Below, in pieces: positions 55,506 through 64,000 of a stretch of DNA of 64,000 nucleotides. Numbering within the stretch: the stretch's first letter is position 1; every line of letters starts with the position of its first letter. This DNA is from Candidatus Hadarchaeales archaeon (lineage in GTDB: Archaea > Hadarchaeota > Hadarchaeia > Hadarchaeales > WYZ-LMO6), in contig JAWCKR010000003.1 in assembly GCA_038851755.1 (NCBI GenBank), positions 15,294 through 79,293 on the forward strand, read 5' to 3'. A program made the translations under genes and the position numbers. The notes under the pieces are model-generated. The model made no database searches, had not been told where the DNA came from, and saw only the letters and a list, made by a program, of their open reading frames with translations.

Positions 55506-56672
55506 TCAGAAACGCTTGGGGATTTCCTTGGGCCATCTGCTGAAGAGGAGGGAGGAGAGGGGGGCCCCGAGGAGGAAGAGCAGGAAGGAGGCCCACATCA
55601 CCGAGGGAGGGGAGAGGGAGTACAGGTAGCCCCCCGCCGCGGTTCCCACCGAGGAGCCCAGGTAGAAGGAGAGGTCCACGAAGGCCTCCGCCCTCCCCCT
55701 CTGGGGTTGGGGGGTGAGGAGGGCCACCGAGCCCCTCTCCACCCCGTAGGTGAGGGAGCCACACAGGTTGATGATGATCAGGGAGAGGAAAATCCATGGG
55801 ACGGAGCGGGTGAGGACGAGGAGGGGGGAGAGGCTCTCCACGAGGAGCAGGTGGCTGTAGAGGAAGGAGGGTGGTACCCGGCTGAGCCTCCGGCTGAGGG
55901 GGAGGGCCAGGGGATAGGCGAGGGAGGAGAGGGCCACGGCCAGCCCGAACTCCGTGAAGCTCATCAGCCCCAGGTCCCTCACCGCGTACAGCACCAGGAA
56001 GAAGTTGAACATGGCGAGGGCGCTGATGAGGAGGAAGACCCGCAGGAGGATCAGGCCCTTCAGCAGGCGGTGGAGGGAGAGGAAGTCCCTCAAGGGGTTC
56101 CAGGTCATCCTTCCCCCCCTCCGCAGGGTCTCGGTGAGCGCCAGGAACCTCGCCGCAGCCACGGCCAGGGTCACGGCTCCCCCCATCAGGAAGGCGGTTC
56201 TGAGCCCTGGGAGGCCCCACGCGTCCCTCATCACTCCGCCCAGCACGGGGGAGAGGGAGTAGGGAAGGTGCTCGGCCACCACGGCCAGGGTGAACACTCC
56301 CAGGAAACCCCTCCTGGCGGAGTCCATGATCATCGCGTTGAAGGCCGGCACGTAGAAGTAGGCGGCCCCCTCCAGCAGGGCGGCCAGCACGAGGTCGAAG
56401 GTACTGCGGGCCAGAGAGTAGAGGAGGAGGGAGAGGCCGAGCAGGACGGTGCCCCACACGATGGGCCTCTTCCTGCCAAACCTATCGGCCGCCAGCCCCC
56501 CTGCCAGGAAGGAGAGGACGCAGGTGAGGCTGCGCAGGGAGCTGATCATCCCCGCGAGCAGAGGGTTTCCCGTGAGGGAGTAGGCGTACTCGGAGAAGTA
56601 GGGGTAGGCCAGACCCATGGAGAAGCTCACGGCGGCGGCGGAGAGGAGGAGGGTCCTGATGTTACTCCTCAT
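55506..56672 (-). CDS. MFS transporter
   Basis: 388 aa, 12 TM. MFS loop motif (ADRFGRKRP). Confidence 0.8.
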   Translation of the reverse strand: MRSNIRTLLLSAAAVSFSMGLAYPYFSEYAYSLTGNPLLAGMISSLRSLTCVLSFLAGGLAADRFGRKRPIVWGTVLLGLSLLLYSLARSTFDLVLAALLEGAAYFYVPAFNAMIMDSARRGFLGVFTLAVVAEHLPYSLSPVLGGVMRDAWGLPGLRTAFLMGGAVTLAVAAARFLALTETLRRGGRMTWNPLRDFLSLHRLLKGLILLRVFLLISALAMFNFFLVLYAVRDLGLMSFTEFGLAVALSSLAYPLALPLSRRLSRVPPSFLYSHLLLVESLSPLLVLTRSVPWIFLSLIIINLCGSLTYGVERGSVALLTPQPQRGRAEAFVDLSFYLGSSVGTAAGGYLYSLSPPSVMWASFLLFLLGAPLSSLLFSRWPKEIPKRF

Positions 56673-57865
56673 CTTCTCACCAGGCGGAGGAGGAAGGGAA
56701 GGGAGAGGAGTTCTGCCGTGACCGAGAAGGAGACCAGCAGGAGGGGGGAGGGGTAGAGCAGGCCCATCAGGGCGTTGCCAGCGAAGCCCGAGAGCCCGTA
56801 GAGGGAGGAGAAGAGGCCGTAGGCGGTGCCCCTCTTACCCGAGGGGACCATCTCACCCACGGCGGCCCTCATCACGGTCTCCTGCGTGCCCATGGCTGCT
56901 CCCCAGAAGAGCACGCCTAGGAGGCACGCCCCCCTTCCTCCCCACAGGAAGGTCAAGGGGGTGATGGGGAGGGAGAGGAGGGGGATGAGGAGGAGGGAGG
57001 AGAGGCCCCTCCGGTCGTAGGTCCTTCCCGCCCAGAGGGCCAGGAGGGCGTCCGTGCCCATGGCTAGGGCGTACAGGAGGGGGACCTCGGCTTCTGAGAA
57101 GGAGGAGGTGAGACGGTAGGCCAGAAGGGGGAAGGTCAGGAAGCCGCAGGTGGAGAGGATCACGAAGAGGAGGTAGAGCCTGAAGCCTTCCTTGACCTCT
57201 TCCCTTCCCCTCTCCCTCTCCAGCCTCGAGGGGTGCGGGTAGAGCCTCCAGCTCAGGAGAAGGAAGACCAGCAGCAGGGAGGCCGGGAGGAAGAGGAAGG
57301 AGAAGGCTTCCCTGTAGCTCCTGAGGGAGAGCAGCAGGGCGAGGAGGAGGGGCCCGATCACCGCTCCCACCTGGTCCAGGGCCTCGTGCAGGGCGAAGCC
57401 CCATCCCCTTCCCACCCTGGAGGCCGCGTGGGAGAGCATGGCGTCCCTGGAAGGGGTCCTCACGGCTTTCCCCATCCTCTCCACCAGGAGGAGGAAGACG
57501 GCCAGCTCCCAGGAGCCCACCAGGAATAAGAACGGGAGGGAGAGGAGGGCCAGGTAGCCCGCGAGCGTGAGGGGCCAGTAACCTCCCCAGCGGTCGGAGA
57601 GGTAGCCTGAGAGGGGACGTAGGCCGTACCCCAGGAACTCGCCCAGGCCGGAGGCCGCCCCCACCACGGCGGCGCTCGCCCCCAGGGAGGCCAGGAAGGG
57701 ACCGGCCACGCCCCTGACCCCCTCGTAGACGATGTCCCCCAGCAGGCTCACCACTCCCAGCAGGAGGATGAACCTCAGGGCCCTCTCTTTGGCTTCTGGC
57801 ACTTTTCTCCTTTCCCTAGCCGGTATAGGAGCTTTTTCCCAAGCCCATTCGAAAGCACTTTTCAA
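56669..57865 (-). CDS. MFS transporter
   Basis: 398 aa, 12 TM. DRWGG/GR-rich loop 2-3. 4-nt overlap with the downstream MFS gene. Confidence 0.8.
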   Translation of the reverse strand: MKSAFEWAWEKAPIPARERRKVPEAKERALRFILLLGVVSLLGDIVYEGVRGVAGPFLASLGASAAVVGAASGLGEFLGYGLRPLSGYLSDRWGGYWPLTLAGYLALLSLPFLFLVGSWELAVFLLLVERMGKAVRTPSRDAMLSHAASRVGRGWGFALHEALDQVGAVIGPLLLALLLSLRSYREAFSFLFLPASLLLVFLLLSWRLYPHPSRLERERGREEVKEGFRLYLLFVILSTCGFLTFPLLAYRLTSSFSEAEVPLLYALAMGTDALLALWAGRTYDRRGLSSLLLIPLLSLPITPLTFLWGGRGACLLGVLFWGAAMGTQETVMRAAVGEMVPSGKRGTAYGLFSSLYGLSGFAGNALMGLLYPSPLLLVSFSVTAELLSLPFLLRLVRR

Positions 57866-57968
57866 GTCTTAAGCCTAGAATTAAAGCAGCGAGAGGCCCA
57901 GAATCCGGCAGTTGCGCTGGGCTGAAAGGTGTGAAAATCCCAAATGAATAAATAATCATGAAGAGTGT

Positions 57969-58322
57969 TTGAGAAGAGGTTGGGTCATGAGGAAGGAGGT
58001 TTACTACTGGATGGAGCAGGCTAAGGCGGACTTCAAGAGTGCGGTTGACCTGTTGAAATCAAAAAATTTTTATGCTTCGGTGTTTTTTTCCAACCAGAGC
58101 GCCGAGAAATCACTGAAAGCACTCTACCTCAAGGAAAAAAAGAAGAGTGTCAGAACTCACAATCTCGTTTTTCTCGCGAGGGAGTTGAAAGCACCTGAGG
58201 ACATTGTTAACCACTGCGCCGAACTGACGCCAGACTACCTCACCACGCGGTATCCCGATGCCGCCACCGGGCCACCTTTCGAGAGCTATACTAAGCGCCA
58301 GGAGACATCTCGGGATGGCTGA
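57969..58322 (+). CDS. HEPN-domain protein (putative toxin of HEPN/MNT pair)
   Basis: 117 aa. HEPN helical pattern with RTHNL (R-x-H-like) motif. Probable start at Met7 (57987). Lower GC than neighbours. Confidence 0.7.
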   Translation: MRRGWVMRKEVYYWMEQAKADFKSAVDLLKSKNFYASVFFSNQSAEKSLKALYLKEKKKSVRTHNLVFLARELKAPEDIVNHCAELTPDYLTTRYPDAATGPPFESYTKRQETSRDG

Positions 58323-58334
58323 GGAGGTGTTGAG

Positions 58335-58649
58335 GTGGGTGGAGAGGAGAATGAAGAAGTAAGGAGATTCGTGAAAAAGCTAAGGGAAAAGATAAGGGTC
58401 GAAAAGGTCATCCTGTTCGGCTCACGGGCGCGCGGAGATCACTTGGAGGACAGCGATGTGGATCTGATAGTGGTATCGAGGGACTTTGAGGGATTACCCT
58501 TCTTCGAGCGGATGGACAAACTGATCCTCCTATGGGAAAGTCCGCTCGATCTAGAGCTTCTTTGCTACACCCCAGAAGAATTCGAGAGAAAAAGGAAGGA
58601 AATAGGCACGGTGAGGCAGGCTGTGAAAGAGGGGGTAGAAGTGGTTTAG
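58335..58649 (+). CDS. Minimal nucleotidyltransferase (MNT, putative antitoxin)
   Basis: 104 aa. GSRARGDHLEDSDVDL (GS...D.D Pol-beta NTase motif). 12 nt after HEPN. Confidence 0.85.
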   Translation: MGGEENEEVRRFVKKLREKIRVEKVILFGSRARGDHLEDSDVDLIVVSRDFEGLPFFERMDKLILLWESPLDLELLCYTPEEFERKRKEIGTVRQAVKEGVEVV

Positions 58650-59008
58650 AGGCATAGGGGGCGACAGGTGAGTCCCCCTCGAGACTCCCACAGAAGATTC
58701 TCTCACATTCTTGAGGCCGACCGGCAATACACCTGGCTCCGACCTCCTCAAGCTCCTCGAGGTGTGCGCTCTGAAGTGACTTATTTGAAAGTGTTTTAGC
58801 TTATCCCGCCTTTTTCTCGATGTGCGTAGTCACTCGAGCTCGTGAGCTTTCTAGACCTAGGAACCGAGGAGCCATCTCCAGAGAGGAGTGAAGTGAATCC
58901 TGCTTCCCCTGAGTTCTGCCGAGTCCTCATAGTCCCAGGTGAGAACTTCCAGCTCCTTGCATCTCAGCGTTTCCCCAGCCCGGAGTAGCCCATCAAGCTC
59001 TCTTTTCT

Positions 59009-59263
59009 CTACCTCGTCCTTTTCGCTAGCATTTTTACAAAAACCACGACAAAAGGTTCCAAGAGGATTAGCACTTTCAGCAAGTCTAAAAAAGATTGGG
59101 ATAATTCCAAAGTAGGTTTCCACTCAGCTTCTGTTGTGACCGAGTTTTCTAATTGATTTAAGATTTCCTTCCCGAGTTCTATCTCCACCTCGTTTGAATC
59201 TGGTATCATCAATCCGATGATTATAGCGGTCATTAAGCCCATTATTCCGATTACGTGCTTCAT
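59009..59263 (-). CDS. Small hypothetical protein with N-terminal TM helix (AT-rich; possibly remnant)
   Basis: 84 aa, about 38% GC in a 65% GC context. Overlaps a second 88-aa ORF in another frame (possible frameshifted gene). Confidence 0.3.
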   Translation of the reverse strand: MKHVIGIMGLMTAIIIGLMIPDSNEVEIELGKEILNQLENSVTTEAEWKPTLELSQSFLDLLKVLILLEPFVVVFVKMLAKRTR

Positions 59264-59309
59264 GTCAATAATTCTCTTTTTTCAGTATTAAGCGCGAAAA
59301 AATATTCAG

Positions 59310-60557
59310 TTATTCCTTCTCCCCGAACGGATTCCCCGTCCTTCGTATGTTCTCCGCCACCGAGGCGTGGGGAGGGAGGACCAATCCCCTCGCGCACGTC
59401 TCCGCCCTCAGCCTCTCGATGATCCTCGGGAAGTCTATGGAGCCGGGGCAGATCTCCCTGCAGGCCCCGCAACCCGTGCAGGCGAAGAGCCCTGCCCTCA
59501 CCGCCTCCTCGGGCCCCAGCACGAACCAGGTCCTGACCACCCCTATGGGTCCCGCCCCCACCCTCGAGGAGAAGGCGTGGGCCGTCTCCAGCAGGACGGG
59601 GCAGACCGAGAGGCAGGCCCCGCAGTTGCAGCAGTACAGGACCTCCTCCAGCCCCATCCTCGCGGCCTCCCTCCTCCACCCGTCCAGCAGGATCACGTGC
59701 ACCTCCTTGGCCCCGTGCATCCCGAACTGCTCTATCCCCATCACGTCCGCCGTCCTGGAGGGCCCCTTGATGAAGGAGTGGTAGGCCCCGGTCACGGTCA
59801 GGAAGGTCTCGCAGGTCTTCATCACCGTGGCGGCCTCCTCCAGCGTGGGTACGATCTTCTCTATCCCGGCCACCGCCAGGTGCTTCTCCGGCAGCCTGGT
59901 GATGAGGCTGATGTTCCCCTCGTTCTCCACCAGCCCCACCGCCCCCTCCTCCGCCGCGATGGCGTTGGCTCCGGTCAGTCCTACCCTCGCCCCCAGAATC
60001 CTCTCCCTGAGCTTCCCCCTGGAGGCCCTGATGATCTCCTCCACATCCGCGGGCAGCTCCCTTCCCACCTCCTTCGAGAGGGACCTCGCCACCTCCTCCA
60101 GCGTGAGGTGAACGGCTGGGCCCACGGGGTGCAGCGGTTCCTCTCCCGCCAGCTGGATGATCCTGTCCCCCAGGTCGGTCTCCACCACCTCCACCCCTTT
60201 TTCTTCCAGCCTCTCCAGCAGGTCGAGCTCCTTCAGGGTGTTGGACTTCGACTTCACCACCACCTTCTCCCCTTCCGTTTGCTTCAGCAGGTACTCCACC
60301 GCTTCCCCGCCCGTCCTGGCTTCGAAGACCTCGCACCCCACCGCCCTCAGGGAGTCCTTCGCCTGGCCCACCAGCTCCTCCAGCCTCCCCACCGCCTCCT
60401 CCTTGATCCCCCTGTACCTCTCCTTCATCCTCCTCAGCTTCCCCTCGTCAGCCCTCAGCCTGGAGAGGACCACCGAGGCGATCACCTTCAACGTGTCCGC
60501 CCTCCCGCTCTTCATTTCCCTCCCGAACCTCTCCCTGGTCTCCTCGTACAGGCCCAT
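59310..60557 (-). CDS. lutB: LutB-like iron-sulfur protein (LUD/DUF162 domain + 2x[4Fe-4S])
   Basis: 415 aa. DUF162 N-region. CCNCGACLSVCP and CTGCGACREICP ferredoxin motifs. Confidence 0.85.
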   Translation of the reverse strand: MGLYEETRERFGREMKSGRADTLKVIASVVLSRLRADEGKLRRMKERYRGIKEEAVGRLEELVGQAKDSLRAVGCEVFEARTGGEAVEYLLKQTEGEKVVVKSKSNTLKELDLLERLEEKGVEVVETDLGDRIIQLAGEEPLHPVGPAVHLTLEEVARSLSKEVGRELPADVEEIIRASRGKLRERILGARVGLTGANAIAAEEGAVGLVENEGNISLITRLPEKHLAVAGIEKIVPTLEEAATVMKTCETFLTVTGAYHSFIKGPSRTADVMGIEQFGMHGAKEVHVILLDGWRREAARMGLEEVLYCCNCGACLSVCPVLLETAHAFSSRVGAGPIGVVRTWFVLGPEEAVRAGLFACTGCGACREICPGSIDFPRIIERLRAETCARGLVLPPHASVAENIRRTGNPFGEKE

Positions 60558-60558
60558 C

Positions 60559-61254
60559 TCATCCCTCCATCAGGTCCCTCACCAGCAGGGAGAGGTCCCT
60601 CACCTCCACCCTGCCGTCCGCGACCTCCCTCAGGTGATGATAGCAGAAGGGGCAGGAGGTCACCAGCAGCTGCGCGCCAGCTTCTAGGGCGTCCCCCACC
60701 CTGGTGCTCGAGACGGCCGAGGAGAGTTCCCGGAAGGCCGACCTCACCCCTCCACCCGCCCCGCAGCACCTGGAGAACCCGCGGGAGAGGGACATCTCCA
60801 CGAGCTCCAGCCCGGGTACGCTCTTCAGGACCTCCCTGGGTTCCTCGTACAGCCCCCATTCCCTGCCCAGGTGACAGGAGTCGTGATAGGTGGCTCTCAC
60901 TTTCCTCTCCCCGAGTCTCAGCCTTCCCTCCCGCACCATGTCGCGCAGGAGCTGGGTGAGGTGGAGCACCTCCACCCCCGGCAGGGAGTACTCTTTGCGG
61001 AAGGTCGAGTAGCAGCCCGGGCAGGCCGTCAGGAGCCTCCTCACTCCAAGCCTGGAGAACTCCTCCTCGTTCTTCTTCCTCACCTCCTCCGCCTCCCCCA
61101 CCTGCCCCGTTCTGAAGAGCACGGAACCGCAGCAGGTCTCTCGGTCGAAGAGGCGGAAGGGCAGGCCCAGCCTCCTGAGGATTTCCACCGTGGCCTCCGC
61201 TATCTCCCTCTCCCTGAAGGTGCTCATGCATCCCCTGAAGAACCAGAGCTCCAC
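60559..61254 (-). CDS. lutA: (Fe-S)-binding protein with two CCG (cysteine-rich) domains, LutA/HdrD-C-like
   Basis: 231 aa. CCGS...CPGCY and CCGAGGG...CPFCY motif pairs. Confidence 0.8.
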   Translation of the reverse strand: MELWFFRGCMSTFREREIAEATVEILRRLGLPFRLFDRETCCGSVLFRTGQVGEAEEVRKKNEEEFSRLGVRRLLTACPGCYSTFRKEYSLPGVEVLHLTQLLRDMVREGRLRLGERKVRATYHDSCHLGREWGLYEEPREVLKSVPGLELVEMSLSRGFSRCCGAGGGVRSAFRELSSAVSSTRVGDALEAGAQLLVTSCPFCYHHLREVADGRVEVRDLSLLVRDLMEG

Positions 61255-62394
61255 CTATCCCCACCTCTCCAGCAGGAACTCCACCAGGTCCATCACCCTG
61301 AGGTTGTAACCGAAGGCCTCGGCCGCCTCCTTCAGCTGCCGCAGGCAGAAGGGGCAGGCGGTGACCATTACTTGGGCTCCAGTCTCCCTCGCCTCTTCCA
61401 GCCTCCCCCTGGCCACCTGCTTGGAAGCGTCAGGATAGCCGGCCCTGAAGCCACCTCCCGACCCGCAGCACCAGGAGTTCTCCCTGTTCCTGGGCATCTC
61501 CACGAGTTCCACCCCGGGGAGGGAGGAGAGCAGTCTCCTCGGCTCCTCGTACACGCCCATGTGCCTCCCCAGGTGGCAGGGATCGTGATAGGTCACCCTC
61601 ACCTCTTCCCCCCCCTCCAACCTCAGCCTCTTCCTCTCCCTTTCAAGTAGCTGCACGAGGTGCAGGACCTCCACGTCCGGCTCCACCCCCAGCTCGGGGT
61701 AATCGCTCCTCCAGGCCCTGTAGCATCCGGGGCAGTTCACCACCACCGTCTTCGCCCCCCTCCTCCTCACCTCCTCCAGGTTGTGCCTGGCTATTCCTTC
61801 CACCCTCTCCCCGTCCACCTCCCCCTGCCCCGTCCTGAGGAGGAAGGAACCGCAGCACCACTCGTCCCTGGGGAGCGTGAACTCCATCCCCATCCTCCCC
61901 AGCAGCTCCACCACCCCCCTCGCCAGTTCCTTCTCCCGGTAGGAGGAGGTGCAGCCCACGAAGTAGACCAGGGGGGCCTTCTCGGGGAGGTTCGTCCCGG
62001 GGGGGAGCCAGGAGAACCTGCCGGCGTGGGGCTCCAGGTAGGGGTTGTGCTCCTTCGCCACATGACCTCCCCTCTCCGCGTACTTGGGGGGAAGGAACCC
62101 CCTTTCCCGCAGTCTTCCCCTGGCCGCTTCTATCGCTTTCGAGGGTCCCGCCCCCACGGGACAGACCGCGTCGCAGTTCCCGCACAGGATGCAGGAGAAC
62201 ATCCTCTCCGCCAGGGAGGGTGAAGGGGAGAGGTCCCCGCGGAGCAGGTGGGCGCAGAGGGCCATCCTCCCCCGCGGTGCCTTGGATTCGATCCCCCAAA
62301 GCTCAAGGGAGGGGCACTGGGTGCGACAGAGACCGCAGGCGGTGCTGGAGCTCATGCAGGCGTTGACCTTGGTGCGAAGCTCCTCCAGCCTCAT
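61255..62394 (-). CDS. glcF: GlcF/HdrD-like Fe-S oxidoreductase (2x[4Fe-4S] + 2xCCG)
   Basis: CGLCRTQCP and CILCGNCDAVCP ferredoxin motifs followed by two CCG domains. Start at Met54 (62394) overlapping the glcD stop (ATGA). Confidence 0.8.
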   Translation of the reverse strand: MRLEELRTKVNACMSSSTACGLCRTQCPSLELWGIESKAPRGRMALCAHLLRGDLSPSPSLAERMFSCILCGNCDAVCPVGAGPSKAIEAARGRLRERGFLPPKYAERGGHVAKEHNPYLEPHAGRFSWLPPGTNLPEKAPLVYFVGCTSSYREKELARGVVELLGRMGMEFTLPRDEWCCGSFLLRTGQGEVDGERVEGIARHNLEEVRRRGAKTVVVNCPGCYRAWRSDYPELGVEPDVEVLHLVQLLERERKRLRLEGGEEVRVTYHDPCHLGRHMGVYEEPRRLLSSLPGVELVEMPRNRENSWCCGSGGGFRAGYPDASKQVARGRLEEARETGAQVMVTACPFCLRQLKEAAEAFGYNLRVMDLVEFLLERWG

Positions 62395-63866
62395 CCTTCC
62401 CTCCACCACCTCTCCATCAGGGCCACCCTGGGGATGCCCTCCAGGGCCATTTTCCCAGGGTTCAGGATTCCCTGCGGGTCCAGGAGCTTCTTCAGGGAGC
62501 GCATGAGCTCCAGCGCGTACCCGTGCTCCTCCTCCAGGTAGGGGGCTTTCCACAGTCCCACCCCGTGCTCCGCGGTGAGGGTTCCGCCCAGAGAAAGGGC
62601 AAGCTTTATGGCCTCCTCCTGGAAGGACCTGGCCCTCTCCACCTGCTCGGGAGACTCCGGCACGAAGGTGGAACCTATGTGTACATTACCGTCACCGACG
62701 TGACCAAAACATACCCCCATGATGCCTTTCTCCTCCATGAGGGCCTTGACTCTCCTCACGTATTCCAGCATCCGAGAGAGGGGCAACCCCACGTCCACGG
62801 AGGCCTGAAAGACCAGCCTGGGGGTCTCGGGCGGGGGAAGGAGCTTGGTGAGGGAAGCGCTGATCTTTTCCCTGGCCTCCCACAGCCTCCTTCCCAGGGC
62901 CTCGTCCTCCACCCCCAAAATTTCCGCTCCTTTTCCCCTGCACACGCTCACCATCTCTTCCATCTCCCCCTCCACCGCCTCCAGGTACCTTCCATCCGAA
63001 CGCAGCATGAGCGCTCCCTTCCCCTCTGGTAGGGAAAAGCCGCTCATGTTCAGGGCGAGGAGGCAGAGCTCGTCCAGCAGCTCCAGGGAGGCCGGGGTGA
63101 TGCCCCTTCCCAGAATCTCCATGGCGGCCTCGAAGGCCCCCTCCAGCGAGGGGAAAATGGCCAGGTTGGTCCTGCGGATGGGGGGATAGGGCTCCACCCT
63201 CAGGGTTACCTCCGTGATCACCCCCAGCGTGCCTTCCGACCCCACGAAGAGGTCCTTCAGGGAGTAGCCAGAGGCAGACTTCGCGACCTTCCTCCCCAGC
63301 CTCACCACCTCCCCCCCTGCCAGCACCACCTCCAGGGAGAGCACGTAGTTCCTGGTGGCCCCGTACTTCACGGCCCCCGAGCCGCTGGCGTTGGTCGAGA
63401 CCATACCTCCTATGGTGCAGGCCATGGCGCTCCCGGGCTCCGGAGGGAAGAAGTACCCCCTGCGCTCCAGCTCCCGGTTCAGCTCCGCGTAAGTGGCCCC
63501 CGGTCCCGCCACCACCATGCGGTCCTCCACCCTGGGCTCGATCCTGTTCATCTTCTTGAGGTCCAGCACGATTCCCCCCTCCACCGGGATGAGCTGCCCC
63601 GCCAGGCTGGTCCCCGCCCCCCGGGGGATGATGGGTATGCGGTGGAGGGAAGCGAACCTGAGGATCCGGGAGACCTGGGCCGTGTCAAGGGGGGTGACCA
63701 CGGCGTCGGGTAGGAACCTGAACTGCGGGAGGTACTGCTGGAGGCCCCTCAGGAAGTGATCGGCGGAGTAGGGGAGGAGGTCAACCTCTTCCGTGAGGAC
63801 GTTCTCCCTCCCCACCATTCCTGCCAGTTCCCTCTCCAGTTCCTTCCTTCCCGGCCGGGAGCTCAT
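62391..63866 (-). CDS. glcD: FAD-linked oxidase, GlcD/D-lactate dehydrogenase family
   Basis: 491 aa. FAD_binding_4 (RGAGTSLAG...) plus C-terminal FAD-oxidase_C domain (EHGVGLWK). Confidence 0.9.
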   Translation of the reverse strand: MSSRPGRKELERELAGMVGRENVLTEEVDLLPYSADHFLRGLQQYLPQFRFLPDAVVTPLDTAQVSRILRFASLHRIPIIPRGAGTSLAGQLIPVEGGIVLDLKKMNRIEPRVEDRMVVAGPGATYAELNRELERRGYFFPPEPGSAMACTIGGMVSTNASGSGAVKYGATRNYVLSLEVVLAGGEVVRLGRKVAKSASGYSLKDLFVGSEGTLGVITEVTLRVEPYPPIRRTNLAIFPSLEGAFEAAMEILGRGITPASLELLDELCLLALNMSGFSLPEGKGALMLRSDGRYLEAVEGEMEEMVSVCRGKGAEILGVEDEALGRRLWEAREKISASLTKLLPPPETPRLVFQASVDVGLPLSRMLEYVRRVKALMEEKGIMGVCFGHVGDGNVHIGSTFVPESPEQVERARSFQEEAIKLALSLGGTLTAEHGVGLWKAPYLEEEHGYALELMRSLKKLLDPQGILNPGKMALEGIPRVALMERWWREG

Positions 63867-64000
63867 CTCCTCCCCCCGGCCATCCCGAGCTCCAGCGCCC
63901 TAAGGTTGGGGCTGTTTTCCCCGAAGAGCTCCACCACGACCTTCCTGAAGCTTTCTGGCCTGAGGGGTAGCCAGCCCGAGGCCGCCAGGCGCCCCACCAT
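63864..64000 (-). CDS. 3' end of an upstream gene (or 44-aa ORF) overlapping the glcD start; 5' end may lie beyond the window
   Basis: Open frame from the window edge to TGA overlapping the glcD ATG (ATGA). Translation ...LPLRPESFRKVVVELFGENSPNLRALELGMAGGRR. Confidence 0.25.

Noticed and set aside
63998-64000. ATG exactly at the window edge as the start of a 44-aa gene
   Set aside because: Coincidental position. More likely the frame continues upstream beyond the window, so it is reported only as a low-confidence partial CDS.

Overview
High-GC (about 62-65%), densely coding archaeal chromosomal segment. The gene content and order look euryarchaeal: ftsZ-secE-spt5-rpl11-rpl1-rpl10-rpl12 and nep1-rpp21-rps19e-PDCD5-like-rpl39e-rpl31e-eif6-pfdA-ftsY. 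No rRNA gene and no CRISPR array were seen. Recognisable content: (i) two translation/ribosome-biogenesis superclusters plus rpl37e/Sm, aIF5A and deoxyhypusine synthase; (ii) LeuRS, AlaRS and O-phosphoseryl-tRNA synthetase (SepRS); (iii) a complete rnfCDGEAB operon flanked by an Lrp regulator and a convergent ApbE flavin transferase that appears fused to a large polytopic membrane domain; (iv) 4-hydroxybutyryl-CoA dehydratase, an ABC-2 exporter and acetyl-CoA synthetase; (v) division and RNA-processing genes (FtsZ, SepF, aCPSF1, Nob1, proteasome beta, NAD kinase); (vi) a PiT/PhoU-like pair, a Kv channel, MarC and a rhomboid protease; (vii) a B12-radical-SAM + TIM-barrel isomerase + tandem MFS cluster; (viii) a LutB-like/CCG/GlcF-like/GlcD FAD-FeS oxidoreductase operon; (ix) three tRNAs on the minus strand (Gly-GCC, Val-GAC, Ala-GGC). 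Two small low-GC islets stand out. One is an integrase-fragment/DGC-protein remnant abutting the 3' end of tRNA-Ala. The other is a HEPN/MNT toxin-antitoxin pair plus a gene-poor AT-rich stretch between the MFS genes and the lut-like operon. Other notable items are a 1280-aa surface protein (beta-propeller, Ig-like and putative papain-like domains) and an M28 peptidase with a low-complexity hydrophobic insert encoded by polypyrimidine tracts. Many long ORFs in the supplied track are GC-driven antisense artefacts and were not called. Start codons were adjusted where operon overlaps (ATGA/GTGA) or homolog N-termini argue for an internal start.
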